Positions 12,571 through 23,857 of a DNA stretch of 64,000 bases are shown piece by piece. Each line of letters opens with the position of its first letter. Position 1 is the stretch's first letter. Source of the stretch: Basidiobolus meristosporus CBS 931.73 (lineage: Eukaryota > Fungi > Basidiobolomycota); NCBI GenBank assembly GCA_002104905.1, contig MCFE01000045.1, positions 134,921 to 198,920 of the forward strand, written 5' to 3'. Under the pieces are notes generated by a model. That model saw only the letters and a list, made by a program, of their open reading frames with translations, was not told where the DNA came from and searched no databases. Both the position numbers and the translations under genes were made by a program.

Positions 12571-13450
12571 CTAGGATGCTGACGAGCTGGATGAAGATGC
12601 TTCCACATCTTCTTCGTCTGAGGACATATCGGAAAATTCGTCCCTAAGTGATCCGATAGTTTAGCTAATGGAGAGGAATATTGAAAAAGTAGTTGGGCTT
12701 ACCACATCGACAACTTGGCTGATTGCTTAGGTACTACTTGCTCCTTCTCTTTGCCTTTGTCTTTTGTATCACCTTTCTTCTTGGATTTCATGACTTGAGG
12801 AGATCGTGTGAGTCTCATGCGATTCAAATCTTCATAATTCGCTCAATAATACCTTCTGAAACGGCGCTCTTTACTTCTTCGATTAGATCTTGGCTCTCTT
12901 GTAGGAATTCTGGATCGTCAAACCGAATCTTCTTTACTGGTCGCTCTTTTAAAGCTTCTTCAATTTTTCGGTTGATACGTTCGTTTTTTTCACGCTCTCT
13001 TTGCTCCTCAAGTTCGGCATAGTCGGCGATCCTGTGTGAAAAAGGGGGTTGAGTTGCCTGGTCGCTCTAGGCACTGCAGATATCAAATTACCTTTTGGCT
13101 GCTTTAATGGTCTTCAGTCTAGTACCAGAGAGATCGCGACAACTGTCATAGTTGGTGGTCTTTTTGGATGACATTCTGCCTCCTTGAGCTCTGAGCATGC
13201 TTCCAAAACCACCCTTACCACCAGCCAAGGCAACTTGAACCTTCAATGTGGTTGGGTGGGTGTTGTTACTCTCAATTACATAGTCCTCGTCCAAAGGTAA
13301 ACCTCCAAAAGTCAAAATTCTTTGCTCTTCAAGGGGGATATCGGCAAGATCATGTACGCGAGATTTCACGAAAGCTACGCTAGGCTGGGAATCGAATTCG
13401 AGGCAAACTAAACGGGAACTTCCCGGAAGATTGATATAGAGTGGCACCAT
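12571..13450 (-). CDS. SDE2: Sde2 ubiquitin-fold splicing/replication-stress factor
   Basis: Ubiquitin-like N-terminus followed by LAGGKGGFGSMLRAQGGRMSSKKTTNYDSCRDLSG, the Sde2 cleavage-site signature; three exons. Confidence 0.92.
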
Positions 13451-13779
13451 ATTTTCGTGAATGGATTGTAAGGAAAGGTGGAAACTAGAATTACAAATGC
13501 TTGCCTTGTGGGTTGAAAAAAATCCAGTTTCAGGATGTTTCACCCTTCAAGTACACGTGATGCAAAATCGCGAGCTAATTGTCCATTAACATTAGATATC
13601 GATATTCTCATGATCTAACTGTATGTACATCAACGAAAATAAGGGAGATTTTCCGCACTATGGGAGCGTTGGATTATTTGCAGGGTAACCTGACTTGATA
13701 TTGCAACGATTTTAAATTTTGAAACTTGAAATTCGTTATTATCAATCTTGTCTTGTCGTCTGTCCAGTGCAGTAATAAA

Positions 13780-15811
13780 ATGTCATTAGCCGACGAACTA
13801 CTTGCCGATCTTGAAGATCTGAGCGGAAATGAGAGTGGGGAGGAGAATGTAGAAGAAAAAGAGGACGAGCAAATGATGGATGAGGCGGAAGATGAAGATG
13901 CAATGGAGGACGATGAGAGCAATGTTGACGAAGATAAACTAGCCACTCTGCTCAAGAACAGCGAGACCGTTGACGACGTAGCAAAGCTTCACAGCAGTAA
14001 AGAGCTGAATGAAGTCCTGACTGTTAGTATATGATGACTAGTAACCTCACCAAACACAACCATGACATTTATTCGAACATACTTTTCTAGAAAATCGAGC
14101 ATTTCAAAGGAGTTCCACGTGAGGCTACTCAGTTGGTTGGTGTGATGGAGGAAGATCCCGAATACAAGTTGATCGTTAAAGCCAACGATTTGACAGCTGC
14201 CATCGATACAGAAATCATCTCCATTCACAAAGTACGCATTTTCAAAGACTTTCAGCCACCCCAGAAAAACTAACCACTATCCTCGCTATAGTTCATTCGT
14301 GATCACTACGCACCCAAATTCCCAGAGTTGGAATCCTTGGTTCCTAGTGCGTTAGATTACGCGCGTGCTGTGAAGACTATAGGAAACGAATCAGTTAGTA
14401 CTTTCTTGCATCCCTCGAAAAATATTGGGTATTCATATTGAAGCGGTACGAATTTCAACTTAGGATATTACGAAAGTCGACCTTCGGTCTATCCTGCCCT
14501 CAGCAACCATTATGGTTGTTACAGTCACTGGTTCTACCACTGCTGGACGACCACTGGACGAGCGAGAATATAAGATTGTCATGGATGCATGTGACATGGC
14601 GCTACAACTCGACGAAGCCAAGAAAACCGTAAGTGCTCTAGATGAACAAGGACGCTTCTCGCACACAGACATTAACCGAATCCCCTTTAGATTTTGGAAT
14701 ATGTTGAATCGAGAATGTCATTTATCGCACCGAATCTTTCGGCAATCATCGGTAGTGCCACTGCAGCCAAGCTGATGGGAGCAGCAGGTGGTTTGACTTC
14801 GTTGAGTAAAATGCCCGCTTGTAATATCCAGGTAAGTGTATTCCGAATCTCTCACCCAAACCAGATGTTTGACAGCTACTTGGGAATAGGTCCTTGGAGC
14901 CACCAAAAAAACCCAAACCGGATTCTCCAGTGTCACCATTAATCGACATGCGGGTTTCATCTATCACTCTGAGTATGTGCAAAGAATCCCGTCCGATCTG
15001 AGACAAAAGGCCACTCGTATCCTTGCTGCCAAGTGAGTTCCAGGCATCATGACTTTTCAAGCTTACAAGCTACTTACGCCATCTCTCTTGTTAGATGTAC
15101 ATTGGCAGCTCGAGTCGATCGTGGGCACGAATCGATTGATGGTAAGAATGGAGGATCCAGATATATTGCTGGTTGCGTTTACTGATCCTTCGACATGCGT
15201 TTACTGATCCTTCGACATGCGTTTACTGATCCTTCGATAGGCTCGATTGGCAGGAAATTCCGGGAAGAGATTGATCAGAAGATTGAGAAACTGGTTGAGC
15301 CACCGCCAGGAAAGAATATCAAGGCACTCCCTGCGCCGGATGACGCCCCCAAGAAAAGACGAGGTGGCAGAAGAGTGCGTAAGCAGAAGGAGGCCTACGC
15401 TGTAACCGATCTCCGCAAGGCCCAGAACAGGATGTCCTTCGGAGTTGCGGAGGATGAGGTTGGATCGATGGATTCAACAAGGGGGTTAGGCATGATTGGC
15501 GCCAATTCTGGCAAGGTCAGAGCAGCAGTGGCTGATTCTAGGGCCAAAGGTAGAATGATTTCAATGTGCTCTTGATCTTGATGATTTCTAAACCCGATTC
15601 CTTTCCCTTATCAGTACCGTATAAAAAACCCAAGATCCTCAGCGGATCATCTGGTGCCACTTCAGGCCTATCATCCTCGTTGGCGTTTACCCCAGCTCAA
15701 GGCCTTGAACTGGAAAACCCCGAGGCACGCGAGCAGAGAATCCGAGACATCAACAGCAAATACTTCGACGATGCAGCTGGCTTTTTGAAAGTGGGGCAAA
15801 GCAAGAATTGA
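13780..15811 (+). CDS. PRP31: U4/U6.U5 tri-snRNP protein Prp31, multi-exon
   Basis: [14 protein letters not shown] start, NOSIC/Nop domain ([39 protein letters not shown]) and C-terminal [14 protein letters not shown]. Confidence 0.95.
15175..15238 (+). repeat. Three tandem copies of a 22-nt unit containing an intron branch site
   Basis: GCGTTTACTGATCCTTCGACAT x3 (last copy truncated) directly before the 3' AG at 15239-15240 of PRP31 intron 15142-15240. Confidence 0.9.
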
Positions 15812-15964
15812 GGTGAGATTTCGTTCAGAGCACAGCAGACAATGTACAAAATAAAAGCAGAATAGATGATTCAAGACAAAACCAGAATAGGTCATTCAAG
15901 AGTCAGAAGTTTGTTTATTTTGGGGGATTTTTTGCTGAGAACCAGTCTCAATATGTTTGGATCC

Positions 15965-16351
15965 CTAACAACTAGTGAATGTCCACGAAATGGTGACTCT
16001 TCCAGCTGCCTCGTCAGCGATTCGATTAAATGCGGCAGGACTCAGGTCCAGGTCCCCATGCTTACAGCCAGGACATTTGTCGACGATCTGGACCTTGACG
16101 TTGCCTTTCGGTCCAGTGACAGTGGCACATTTGAAACAAGAGGATGAGCCTCTGGGTGCATTTCCGTACTGAGGGGCGTTCAATGCCGCGATCATGTCGC
16201 TGGGTCCATGGGTGGCTTCGCAAGCGCCAAGTCCTGGATCGTAGTACGTGGCATCCCCTTGAAAGTTTCCAGCTTTGATTGGGGCGGCGACCAAGAAACC
16301 AGCTTGGAAGGTAGCGATGGCAGTGACGAGAAGGGCGAGTTTAGAGAACAT
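15965..16351 (-). CDS. Secreted RlpA-like double-psi beta-barrel (expansin/loosenin-like) protein
   Basis: Signal peptide, GDATYYDPGLGACE, IVDKCPGCKHGDLDLSPAAFNRIAD, GRVTISW. Confidence 0.9.
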   Translation of the reverse strand: MFSKLALLVTAIATFQAGFLVAAPIKAGNFQGDATYYDPGLGACEATHGPSDMIAALNAPQYGNAPRGSSSCFKCATVTGPKGNVKVQIVDKCPGCKHGDLDLSPAAFNRIADEAAGRVTISWTFTSC

Positions 16352-16921
16352 CTTACTTGTCTTGGACTCTCAGAGTTGACCAGAGGATGATAGAAGTAGG
16401 GAACAGCGCCGGGTTATTTATACCGAAGTCTGCAGGATACCGTAAAGGTTATATCTGCCAACTTGCGCCAGACTGGGGCCGACTTTCAGCTTCCCATTTC
16501 CGAGCAGAGACCAATGGAATGGTGTTCTGAGGTTGTACGGGTGTAACCACCCACTTGAGATGTCCTTGAAACGGATAACCTGCCAACTTTCTTTCGTCAT
16601 CGACGTTATCGACATTCCATCGAGATAGCTGGATGGCTTGTTGCGAAGGAGAAAGAATTCTTCGGTGCTGTCTGAGTGGACCACAGGATGTGGGGTGTAT
16701 GCTATGGGAACCCGAGTCGAGTCCCGACCAATTCCTGGGAATGCCGACTACGGTGTCGAGGCCGTATCCACCCAACAATCCGGCCAGTTTAAGGTTGGTA
16801 GTGAACAGAGGACCATTTATTGGTGGGCCTAGCAAAAAGATGGAGCACAAATAAAAAACGAACTCTGGCAAAATACACAGGGATTTTCAAAAAAAAATTA
16901 CATCAAATGAGTGGGGATTGG

Positions 16922-19456
16922 TCACGCTTTGGGTTCGCATTGAAGCGAGTACAGATGGAGCTCGTCCTCAGAATAGGCGGGCATCCCATTCTTGATAAAC
17001 TCGTGGATCCGAGGGGTTTCAGTAAACTCGTAGGGGAGCTGCTGATACTGCACAATCTCCCCCAGCATCTTACTGATCAACCGGAACTTGGCGAAGTTGA
17101 TCAAGTGTGCTGACCTGCTGAGTGATTGCGCCTTGCCACCCTCTTCCGTGGGCTGTGGCTTGGGTTGGCTAGGGAAGGTGCGGTTTTGATGCTGATGCAG
17201 GATTGGAGAAGGGAGATACTCGTTGGGTGTCACCGAGATGTAGGTGGGGTTTCCATCTTCAGCAAAGACCAGATCAGTCAAATGAAAGCCTAGATATGGC
17301 AGTACTGGCACATTCACTCCTGCAGCCTGAAGACACGTTCGATAAGTACGATGGTTGTCGCTTCTGGATATGACCTTCGTGAGGTGAGAGTAGATTTGGA
17401 TGTATTTGTTGGGAAGAGCCTTCCACAGTCCCTTGAGTCTTTGCACCGAGGACTGCTCCAACCCCGCCACGATCTCGAAGCAACCATTGTAGTTGTGGAT
17501 CTTGAGGCATATCTGCGCCGCCTGTATCAATCGTTTGACGATGGTCACTCGGGAGGAGGAGGAGCTGGTGGTCACTATGATCCCCGAAATCCCGTAGGCG
17601 ATCTTGTTGAACCAACGGATAAACCCCGACAGGTGCGGGGTCATTTTCTCTTTGATGGCTCGATCGCACCAGGAGTGGTTGAAGAACTCGTTCAGGTGGA
17701 TGGCGAAGAAGAGGCGCTGCTCTATCAGGGTCAGCTGGTGGGCAAAATCCTTCGGATCGATGTCGGTGATGGCCAACCTCTCGATGGGCCCTCTTGTCTT
17801 GGCCGGGTCGACCTTGAAGGACGCGGGCAGTGGTGATGAGGCGATTGGCGGCGTCAGCGTCACTGTACTCATCCCCCAAGAGATCTTGCTAATCGAGTCT
17901 GTGCCATCCTCCATCTGGACGAAGCGATGATACAAACTCTGGGTGCCATCGTCGGTGCCCTTGCTGGGGAGCAGCAGCCATCCTATGGGGATGATGTCGC
18001 GCTCCCCCATCTTTTCGTAGACGGAGTCGGCAAACTTGGTGCGCTTCTCATCACACGTCACCACCTCCTCGAGGAACAACAGCACCAGCTCGGTCATCTC
18101 TCGGTTTAACGAGAAATCCTCGCAAAACAAGTCGATCCACTTCTTGAAGGTGTTGAGAACGCGGAGTTGGATGATGTTGTCCCACTCGTCTTGCTTGGCG
18201 AACGAAGACTCGCACTCCATCTTCTCCTGAGCCCTCCTCATGATGGATATGGTGCTATTCAAGTATCGGACGATCAGCAGCCGGGCGACGTCGAGAGGGT
18301 CGGCAAAGTAGCGATACGTGCGCAAGAAGTCGATGATATAGTTGGGATCGTTCTGGCCTTCACAGGCCAGCATTTTCACCAGATAGCGAAGTGAGGAGGC
18401 CCGCACCATAGCCTTCCCGGTCTGGGACTCCAGGATCACCTCGTGGGATGTATCGTCCAGGTCCGAAGGCCAGGAGATATTCGTTGAAGTCGGCGACTCG
18501 GCAAGTGACTCCCGTGAGGCTTGATTTTTTTCGGCAGATTCGGGGTCTTCAGTGAGGTCCTCGGTGGAGATAGAGCCTTCGCTGCGATCGGTTCCATCAA
18601 TATGAATCCTTAACTTGTTGACGAGCGTGGTCGAAATCAGCATCGGTAGTATACTTCCGATCGATTTGTCGAACACCCTGATTTCTCCAAGAGTTTTGAC
18701 CGATTCCTTGCCCCTGAAAAACGGCAAGTCGGATGAGGTGGTGGCTGGGGACACAGGTGGGGTAAAGTCTGGCCGCCAAACTCGAACCAGCCGTGGTGGT
18801 GTGCTTCCGAGGATGTGTGGATCTGATGCCAGGGAGCTGGAATTACTTTGGGTGCTATCACACCGTTTCCGGGGGTAGTATGGCTCGCTGAGGGCACTTT
18901 CAAAGCTCCCAGACGACACCGAGGACGAGTCGTCCCCCAAATCCAAGTGCTCTGCTTCCTGAAGGGACTTCGAGAAGCCGATTCCATTTGAATGGAATTT
19001 GGAGCTTAGTGGGGACTGCAGAGGGCTGGAGGATTTTGCTTTCGATGGGAACTTAGGAAGCCTAGGCGACCCGAGAGATTTGCTGGTTGAGATCCCATCG
19101 CTGGTGGAGCTCTTTTTTAGCGTCGGCAGGGTGACTCCTCTTTGCGGAATGTCCCCTAAATGGTTGGCCCCATGCTGCCTCCCGTAAGCCAGGGCCTCAG
19201 AGGACTTCGAATGTAAAAGGCTATATCCTGAGGCGGTGGTGCCCCTGGCAAAGTTAGATGGGGGAGTGGTGGATACGTTTGTACTCTCTCTCTTTTCCTT
19301 GAACAACTGGAATGTATTTAGGGAAGAGCTTCTCTGCGGAAACTCCTGGGGAGCTACGGGTTTACTACTGGACGACATGGAAGGGGGGATTTTTTGTATT
19401 CTATCTTCGGTTACACTTACAGGATCTACTTCGTTGCTTCTAGCAACCAAAAACAT
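16922..19456 (-). CDS. Ras guanine-nucleotide exchange factor (REM + CDC25 domains), intronless
   Basis: REM domain YIIDFLRTYRYFADP and RVLNTFKKWID; CDC25 domain FAHQLTLIEQRLF, IHNYNGCFEIVAGL, PVLPYLGFHLTDLVFAEDGNP, INFAKFR. Confidence 0.92.
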   Translation of the reverse strand: MFLVARSNEVDPVSVTEDRIQKIPPSMSSSSKPVAPQEFPQRSSSLNTFQLFKEKRESTNVSTTPPSNFARGTTASGYSLLHSKSSEALAYGRQHGANHLGDIPQRGVTLPTLKKSSTSDGISTSKSLGSPRLPKFPSKAKSSSPLQSPLSSKFHSNGIGFSKSLQEAEHLDLGDDSSSVSSGSFESALSEPYYPRKRCDSTQSNSSSLASDPHILGSTPPRLVRVWRPDFTPPVSPATTSSDLPFFRGKESVKTLGEIRVFDKSIGSILPMLISTTLVNKLRIHIDGTDRSEGSISTEDLTEDPESAEKNQASRESLAESPTSTNISWPSDLDDTSHEVILESQTGKAMVRASSLRYLVKMLACEGQNDPNYIIDFLRTYRYFADPLDVARLLIVRYLNSTISIMRRAQEKMECESSFAKQDEWDNIIQLRVLNTFKKWIDLFCEDFSLNREMTELVLLFLEEVVTCDEKRTKFADSVYEKMGERDIIPIGWLLLPSKGTDDGTQSLYHRFVQMEDGTDSISKISWGMSTVTLTPPIASSPLPASFKVDPAKTRGPIERLAITDIDPKDFAHQLTLIEQRLFFAIHLNEFFNHSWCDRAIKEKMTPHLSGFIRWFNKIAYGISGIIVTTSSSSSRVTIVKRLIQAAQICLKIHNYNGCFEIVAGLEQSSVQRLKGLWKALPNKYIQIYSHLTKVISRSDNHRTYRTCLQAAGVNVPVLPYLGFHLTDLVFAEDGNPTYISVTPNEYLPSPILHQHQNRTFPSQPKPQPTEEGGKAQSLSRSAHLINFAKFRLISKMLGEIVQYQQLPYEFTETPRIHEFIKNGMPAYSEDELHLYSLQCEPKA

Positions 19457-20338
19457 AACATACAGGGAACGGGGATCTGGTATAAAGCTTCACCTCAACT
19501 GGATCTAAAACAAGAACTGGGGTGGGTATGGAAGTGAATAGTCGCCCTGCGAACAAGCGTAGTGTTACAGACAAGGTAAGAGGGAGAAGGTTAAATAGGG
19601 AGAGTTGAAGAGATGTGTGTCGAGCAACCGTCCAACATAAAAAGGAAAGGTAGAGTTTGAGAAAATGGCTCGCCTACATTCATGATCGGAACTTTATCAA
19701 ACGCAAAGTCGGGAAAGCAGGGGGGCTGTTATCATTGTAAGTACAAGCAACCAAGGATTCTGTAAGATTTAGGGGTCGGAGTCAGGGAGGTGTCAATGGC
19801 CATCCCAAGGCGCTATGCACAAATAATACCGTGATGGACATTTAAGGAACTGTGGTATGCACTTAGGAGAAATGCTGGTTAGGCTACGTCTGAGCAAAAA
19901 GACCATGATCACGACCACTTAAACCGGTTTTACCACTGCAGCAACCACGCGTGCCTCTGTGTGTGGCTATTACGAGAGACTGTTATGCCTAATACGAGAC
20001 TGCTGTCAATCCCTGTGAAGATAAACCAGTCACACCGGATAGGGCCGAAACGGCGGAATAAACAGTCCAAAGAGACAGTCCGGATATGAATGCAAAGACT
20101 GTTTCACACGATTTATTTAAGAGCAGAAAGATACTAATGCAAGTCCGCATCAAAAAGAGTTGAATGGAAGTATTCCTCAAGGAATTAAGAAATGCCGAGA
20201 GTAGTTGGTTGGGACGGAAGGTCAGAGGATGAGTTGGGTAGGAAGCGAGGTGACGACTAATATAGACAAGTGTAAAGATGCGGGCAGGGAAAGAATCAGG
20301 TAATACAGAGGAAATATAGAAATAAACACTGATGTTAT

Positions 20339-21497
20339 CTAAAAACCAGTTAAAGCGGCGATTCTCGCTTGGGCAAAATTATGAGCTGGGACGATTCCGA
20401 TGATCCATCCTAGCTTGGTCTTGAAATCCTCTACGGCGTCGGCAAATGTGCCGTTGGATTCGGTATTGTGAAGGTCAAGGCTAACATAGGCAATTTCGGT
20501 TAGATATATGCTTCTGACACGTTACGCTGCTTGCTACTTACTTCCTAGCCCACTCGCCGACCACAAGTTGGCCATAGATTCGGCCCTCTCCAAGCTTGCT
20601 AGCTGCGTCCTCGATCGCTTTCCTCCAGTAAATGGCAATACGGGCATACAGAGAGTTCTTCAGCTTCTGATGCTTTGGATCGTCCCAATTTGGAAGACGA
20701 TGGATCACGCTGGTGGCCGTATGCAGATAAGAGAACGTCGTTGTTGGGAACTCTTCCTCTGATGTAAAGTGACAAGCATATTCCAGAATTGCGTCCTACA
20801 GAGACAAATTAGTACCATGCCCTTGGAGACTCGCGTGTCAGGAAACCTACCTGAATCTCAACCAAAACGTGGTGGACGCGATTGAAAGTATAAGGGTCGC
20901 GGCCTGGCCCAAATTTGCTGTATGGGAAACTTTCTTGTAGCTTCTTCTCCAGATTCGACAAAAGATTGGTGACCGACTGAATAGTTGGTTTGGGCACATA
21001 CGAGGAAATCTCGTTCTTCAAATGAGGATGATTGTCAACCAGCTGGCTTAGGACAGATATCAGCTGGCTTTTATCGAGTGGCTCTGTGAAATTCAAAGTT
21101 CGTTAACAACATATTCCTAACAAGCTCACGTGCAGGAAACCCTGACATACCAAGCAATTTATTAAGAGGAAGATGACGGGTCAGACTTGAGCGAAGCTTC
21201 TTTACTGGATTGTACTGGTCCATCTCGTCGATGTTGGCTGCGGTATCTGAATCCTCCTCGTAATCATCATCGCGCATGTTCTCATCAAAGCTAGTTTTTC
21301 GTTTTCGGCCTGTTTCAAGCAGACGAATTAGTGGTTATTTTAGAGGATGGTTAAGTGGACTCGCGCTGACCTCTTGAGAACTCAATGTTTCTGATGATTG
21401 GGCTTCTCTGTGGCGCGAAGCTAAGGGGCCGTTGGTGGAAAGGAGAGTTTTGTGGGGAGTGGACGGGAAAGCACGGTGAGTGTGAGGCTTCAGACAT
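20339..21497 (-). CDS. STS1: Nuclear proteasome tethering factor Sts1/Cut8, multi-exon
   Basis: GRKRK NLS, RHLPLNKLL(intron)EPLDKSQLISVLSQLVDNHP, PKPTIQSV...FPY...YTFNRV; C-terminus KTKLGWIIG. Confidence 0.82.
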
Positions 21498-22687
21498 AAT
21501 TAATAGAGGTGAGGTGTGTGAAAGAAAATTACAAGTGAAATATAAGAGTAGAAATGAAAAGAGGGAGCTATGAGGATCGTATCTGGACTAAAATATTTGT
21601 AGGCGAGGCTATTAGGATTTCTTTTATGATTGAGCTGACGTACGGCCAATGTTTCGCAAGGGTTTGCCAGGGTAAGAATCAGTTTTTTTTCACTTTTTGT
21701 GCTTTTACTCGCAATTCACCAATTCTGATCCAGAACCAGCCAGAGATGATTAGAAATCCCTCCTCCAGCTGCGGCATGCCCTCGATATTTGCGGTGCTAT
21801 TGAGCCAAACTGGGTTAGATCAATCCATCACACTGTGTTCCGGGACGATGAGGGACAATGTTATGTATACAAATGGCAGAATTCTCAACACAAAAAAGGA
21901 ATCTGTGTCAGGTAACTTGTCACACTCACTCATTCGTCAACCGTTGCCTGTACATGTTTGGGTCAGAATACTCGCCCCATTGATGATGCATATGATTGCT
22001 GTAACACACCGCGATGATTCGACAGTTTCAATTACGGAAAGCTCCATGCTTGTCAAGTGATATCTAGAGTATATATGTATATAAAATGTATCTATTTGCC
22101 ATCAATCATCGATCCGTAATATAGATGACTATTCCCAAAGTGGGAACTCTCGATCAAATTCTGGTTATTTATAGTTATCTACCACAATGAGCTAACTAAG
22201 ATTATATCGGATTTCTGGTTAATCAATGCGTTGGATATCAAGATATGCACCAACAACCATGCGTGGTTGTGGAGTGTAGAGATCAAGATGATTGTTCTTG
22301 TGCTGGAGGGTGGAAATCAAGACGATTGTTCTGGCGGCGCTGGAGGGTAGAAGCCAACAAGATTGTTTTTGTGCTGAGGGTGGGGATTGTTCTTGCGAAA
22401 TATTGCCTCTACAACCACACCTCGTGATGTTCAATGCATCAGATGGAAATGCGACAAAAGAGCTACAATGGTTGCGGCCCTAAGCACATGCAATGCTCAG
22501 ATATGATCCCGACATAATGATTGACTTCGGATTTCCGAATTGTTGTATGTCTTGGTTGCAGTGGTTACCGAGGTCAAATCTCCTTTGCTGGGGATATATA
22601 TCCAGCACGGTGTTTCCGATTCATTTGTATCTCGACTTCTCGCCTCAATTTCCTGTTTCAACCAAAAAACTTGATCAAAAAAGCAAC

Positions 22688-23575
22688 ATGGTCTACTCTT
22701 CTGTATTTGATGTGAACACAAAAGCCACAAACAGCTCGAAATCAAATGACGATGTGCAGACGGCTTTCATCCCAAGTCTTGATGATGTGTTTGCTGACTT
22801 GAGCTTATGGAGAAATGAGCATCCCAATGGATTTGCAAAGGGGCCATCACAGCAACTGAGCACATTCAGTCGTAAGCTTGATGTTAAAGGGTTCCCTCAA
22901 CACAGCTCTCCTCTACCAAGCCTGCCGAAACAGAACATCAAAGATGTTACGCTTTACAAAACTGAGATGTGTAGATCATTCGAAGAAACGGGAAGTTGCC
23001 GGTAAGCCCATCTCCAATGCCCCACTGACTGTTCCGTGCCCATTAATAGCGTTCACGCATGTAGTTATGGCGAGAAATGTCAATTCGCACACGGGGCTGC
23101 TGAGCTTCGTGTAGTTAAAAGGCATCCAAAATACAAGACTCAATACTGCCGCACTTTCTGGGAGCAGGGGTGCTGTCCTTATGGTAAACGTTGCTGCTTT
23201 ATTCATAGCGAAGAGGAGCAATCTACTTTAGAGCTGAAGGCTCAACAAGCGCCCCCAGTCCCTAGGGTGGTTCCAGTGGAGAGAACTACCACTGCCAGCC
23301 ACCAAAAAAACCTCAAGGCAGAGTGGGTCAAGGCCTCGAAAGCAATTGGCCATTCTTGGGAGGAGCCATCTCTCACCCCGTACCCAACCAGTTTCCAATT
23401 GTTTAATGGTTTCGAGGCCAGCAGAGGCCAAGCGGTATCGCGCCCGACTGCTAGTCCTTTCCTCCGTAGCGAGTGGTCGCCTTTCGGTGGATTGGAGAAA
23501 TCAAGAAAGCTGTCTGTATCAGCTATCAACCAAGAGCTACCAGAACGTCTGTCCGCTTTTACTCAATTCTTCTAG
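22688..23575 (+). CDS. Tandem CCCH zinc-finger (tristetraprolin/Cth/Zfs1-like) mRNA-binding protein
   Basis: LYKTEMCRSFEETGSCR(intron)YGEKCQFAHG and KYKTQYCRTFWEQGCCPYGKRCCFIH. Confidence 0.92.
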
Positions 23576-23857
23576 ATCTCGTGTATTTAAACAGTCCTGG
23601 GTGGCTGTTGCATTCAATCGTTGTCGATATCCCATGAACCTACTCCCTAGATAGATAGCATTCAGAATAGGCTTACCATTGGTGTCATGTTCCTACTCAT
23701 TTAGATGTTACTTTATTTCACAATAAACTATGCTTGCAATTTGATAAATTGGTTAGGAGATCTTCGCATCGTTTAAATTTTCTATCGCTTGCCAGAATAC
23801 AATGCATATAATTTAATCAGGATTTCATTTGCTTCCCCTCCACTCCGTCCACACTAT

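Noticed and set aside
16418-16871. Short ORFs on both strands between the expansin-like and RasGEF genes
   Set aside because: No motif or consistent splice model; may be UTR or promoter. Left unresolved.
17274-18394. Several overlapping ORFs of 60-200 aa inside the RasGEF gene
   Set aside because: Shadow ORFs of a high-GC3 coding stretch.
21554-22060. 168-aa ORF upstream of STS1
   Set aside because: No recognisable domain and promoter-like composition.
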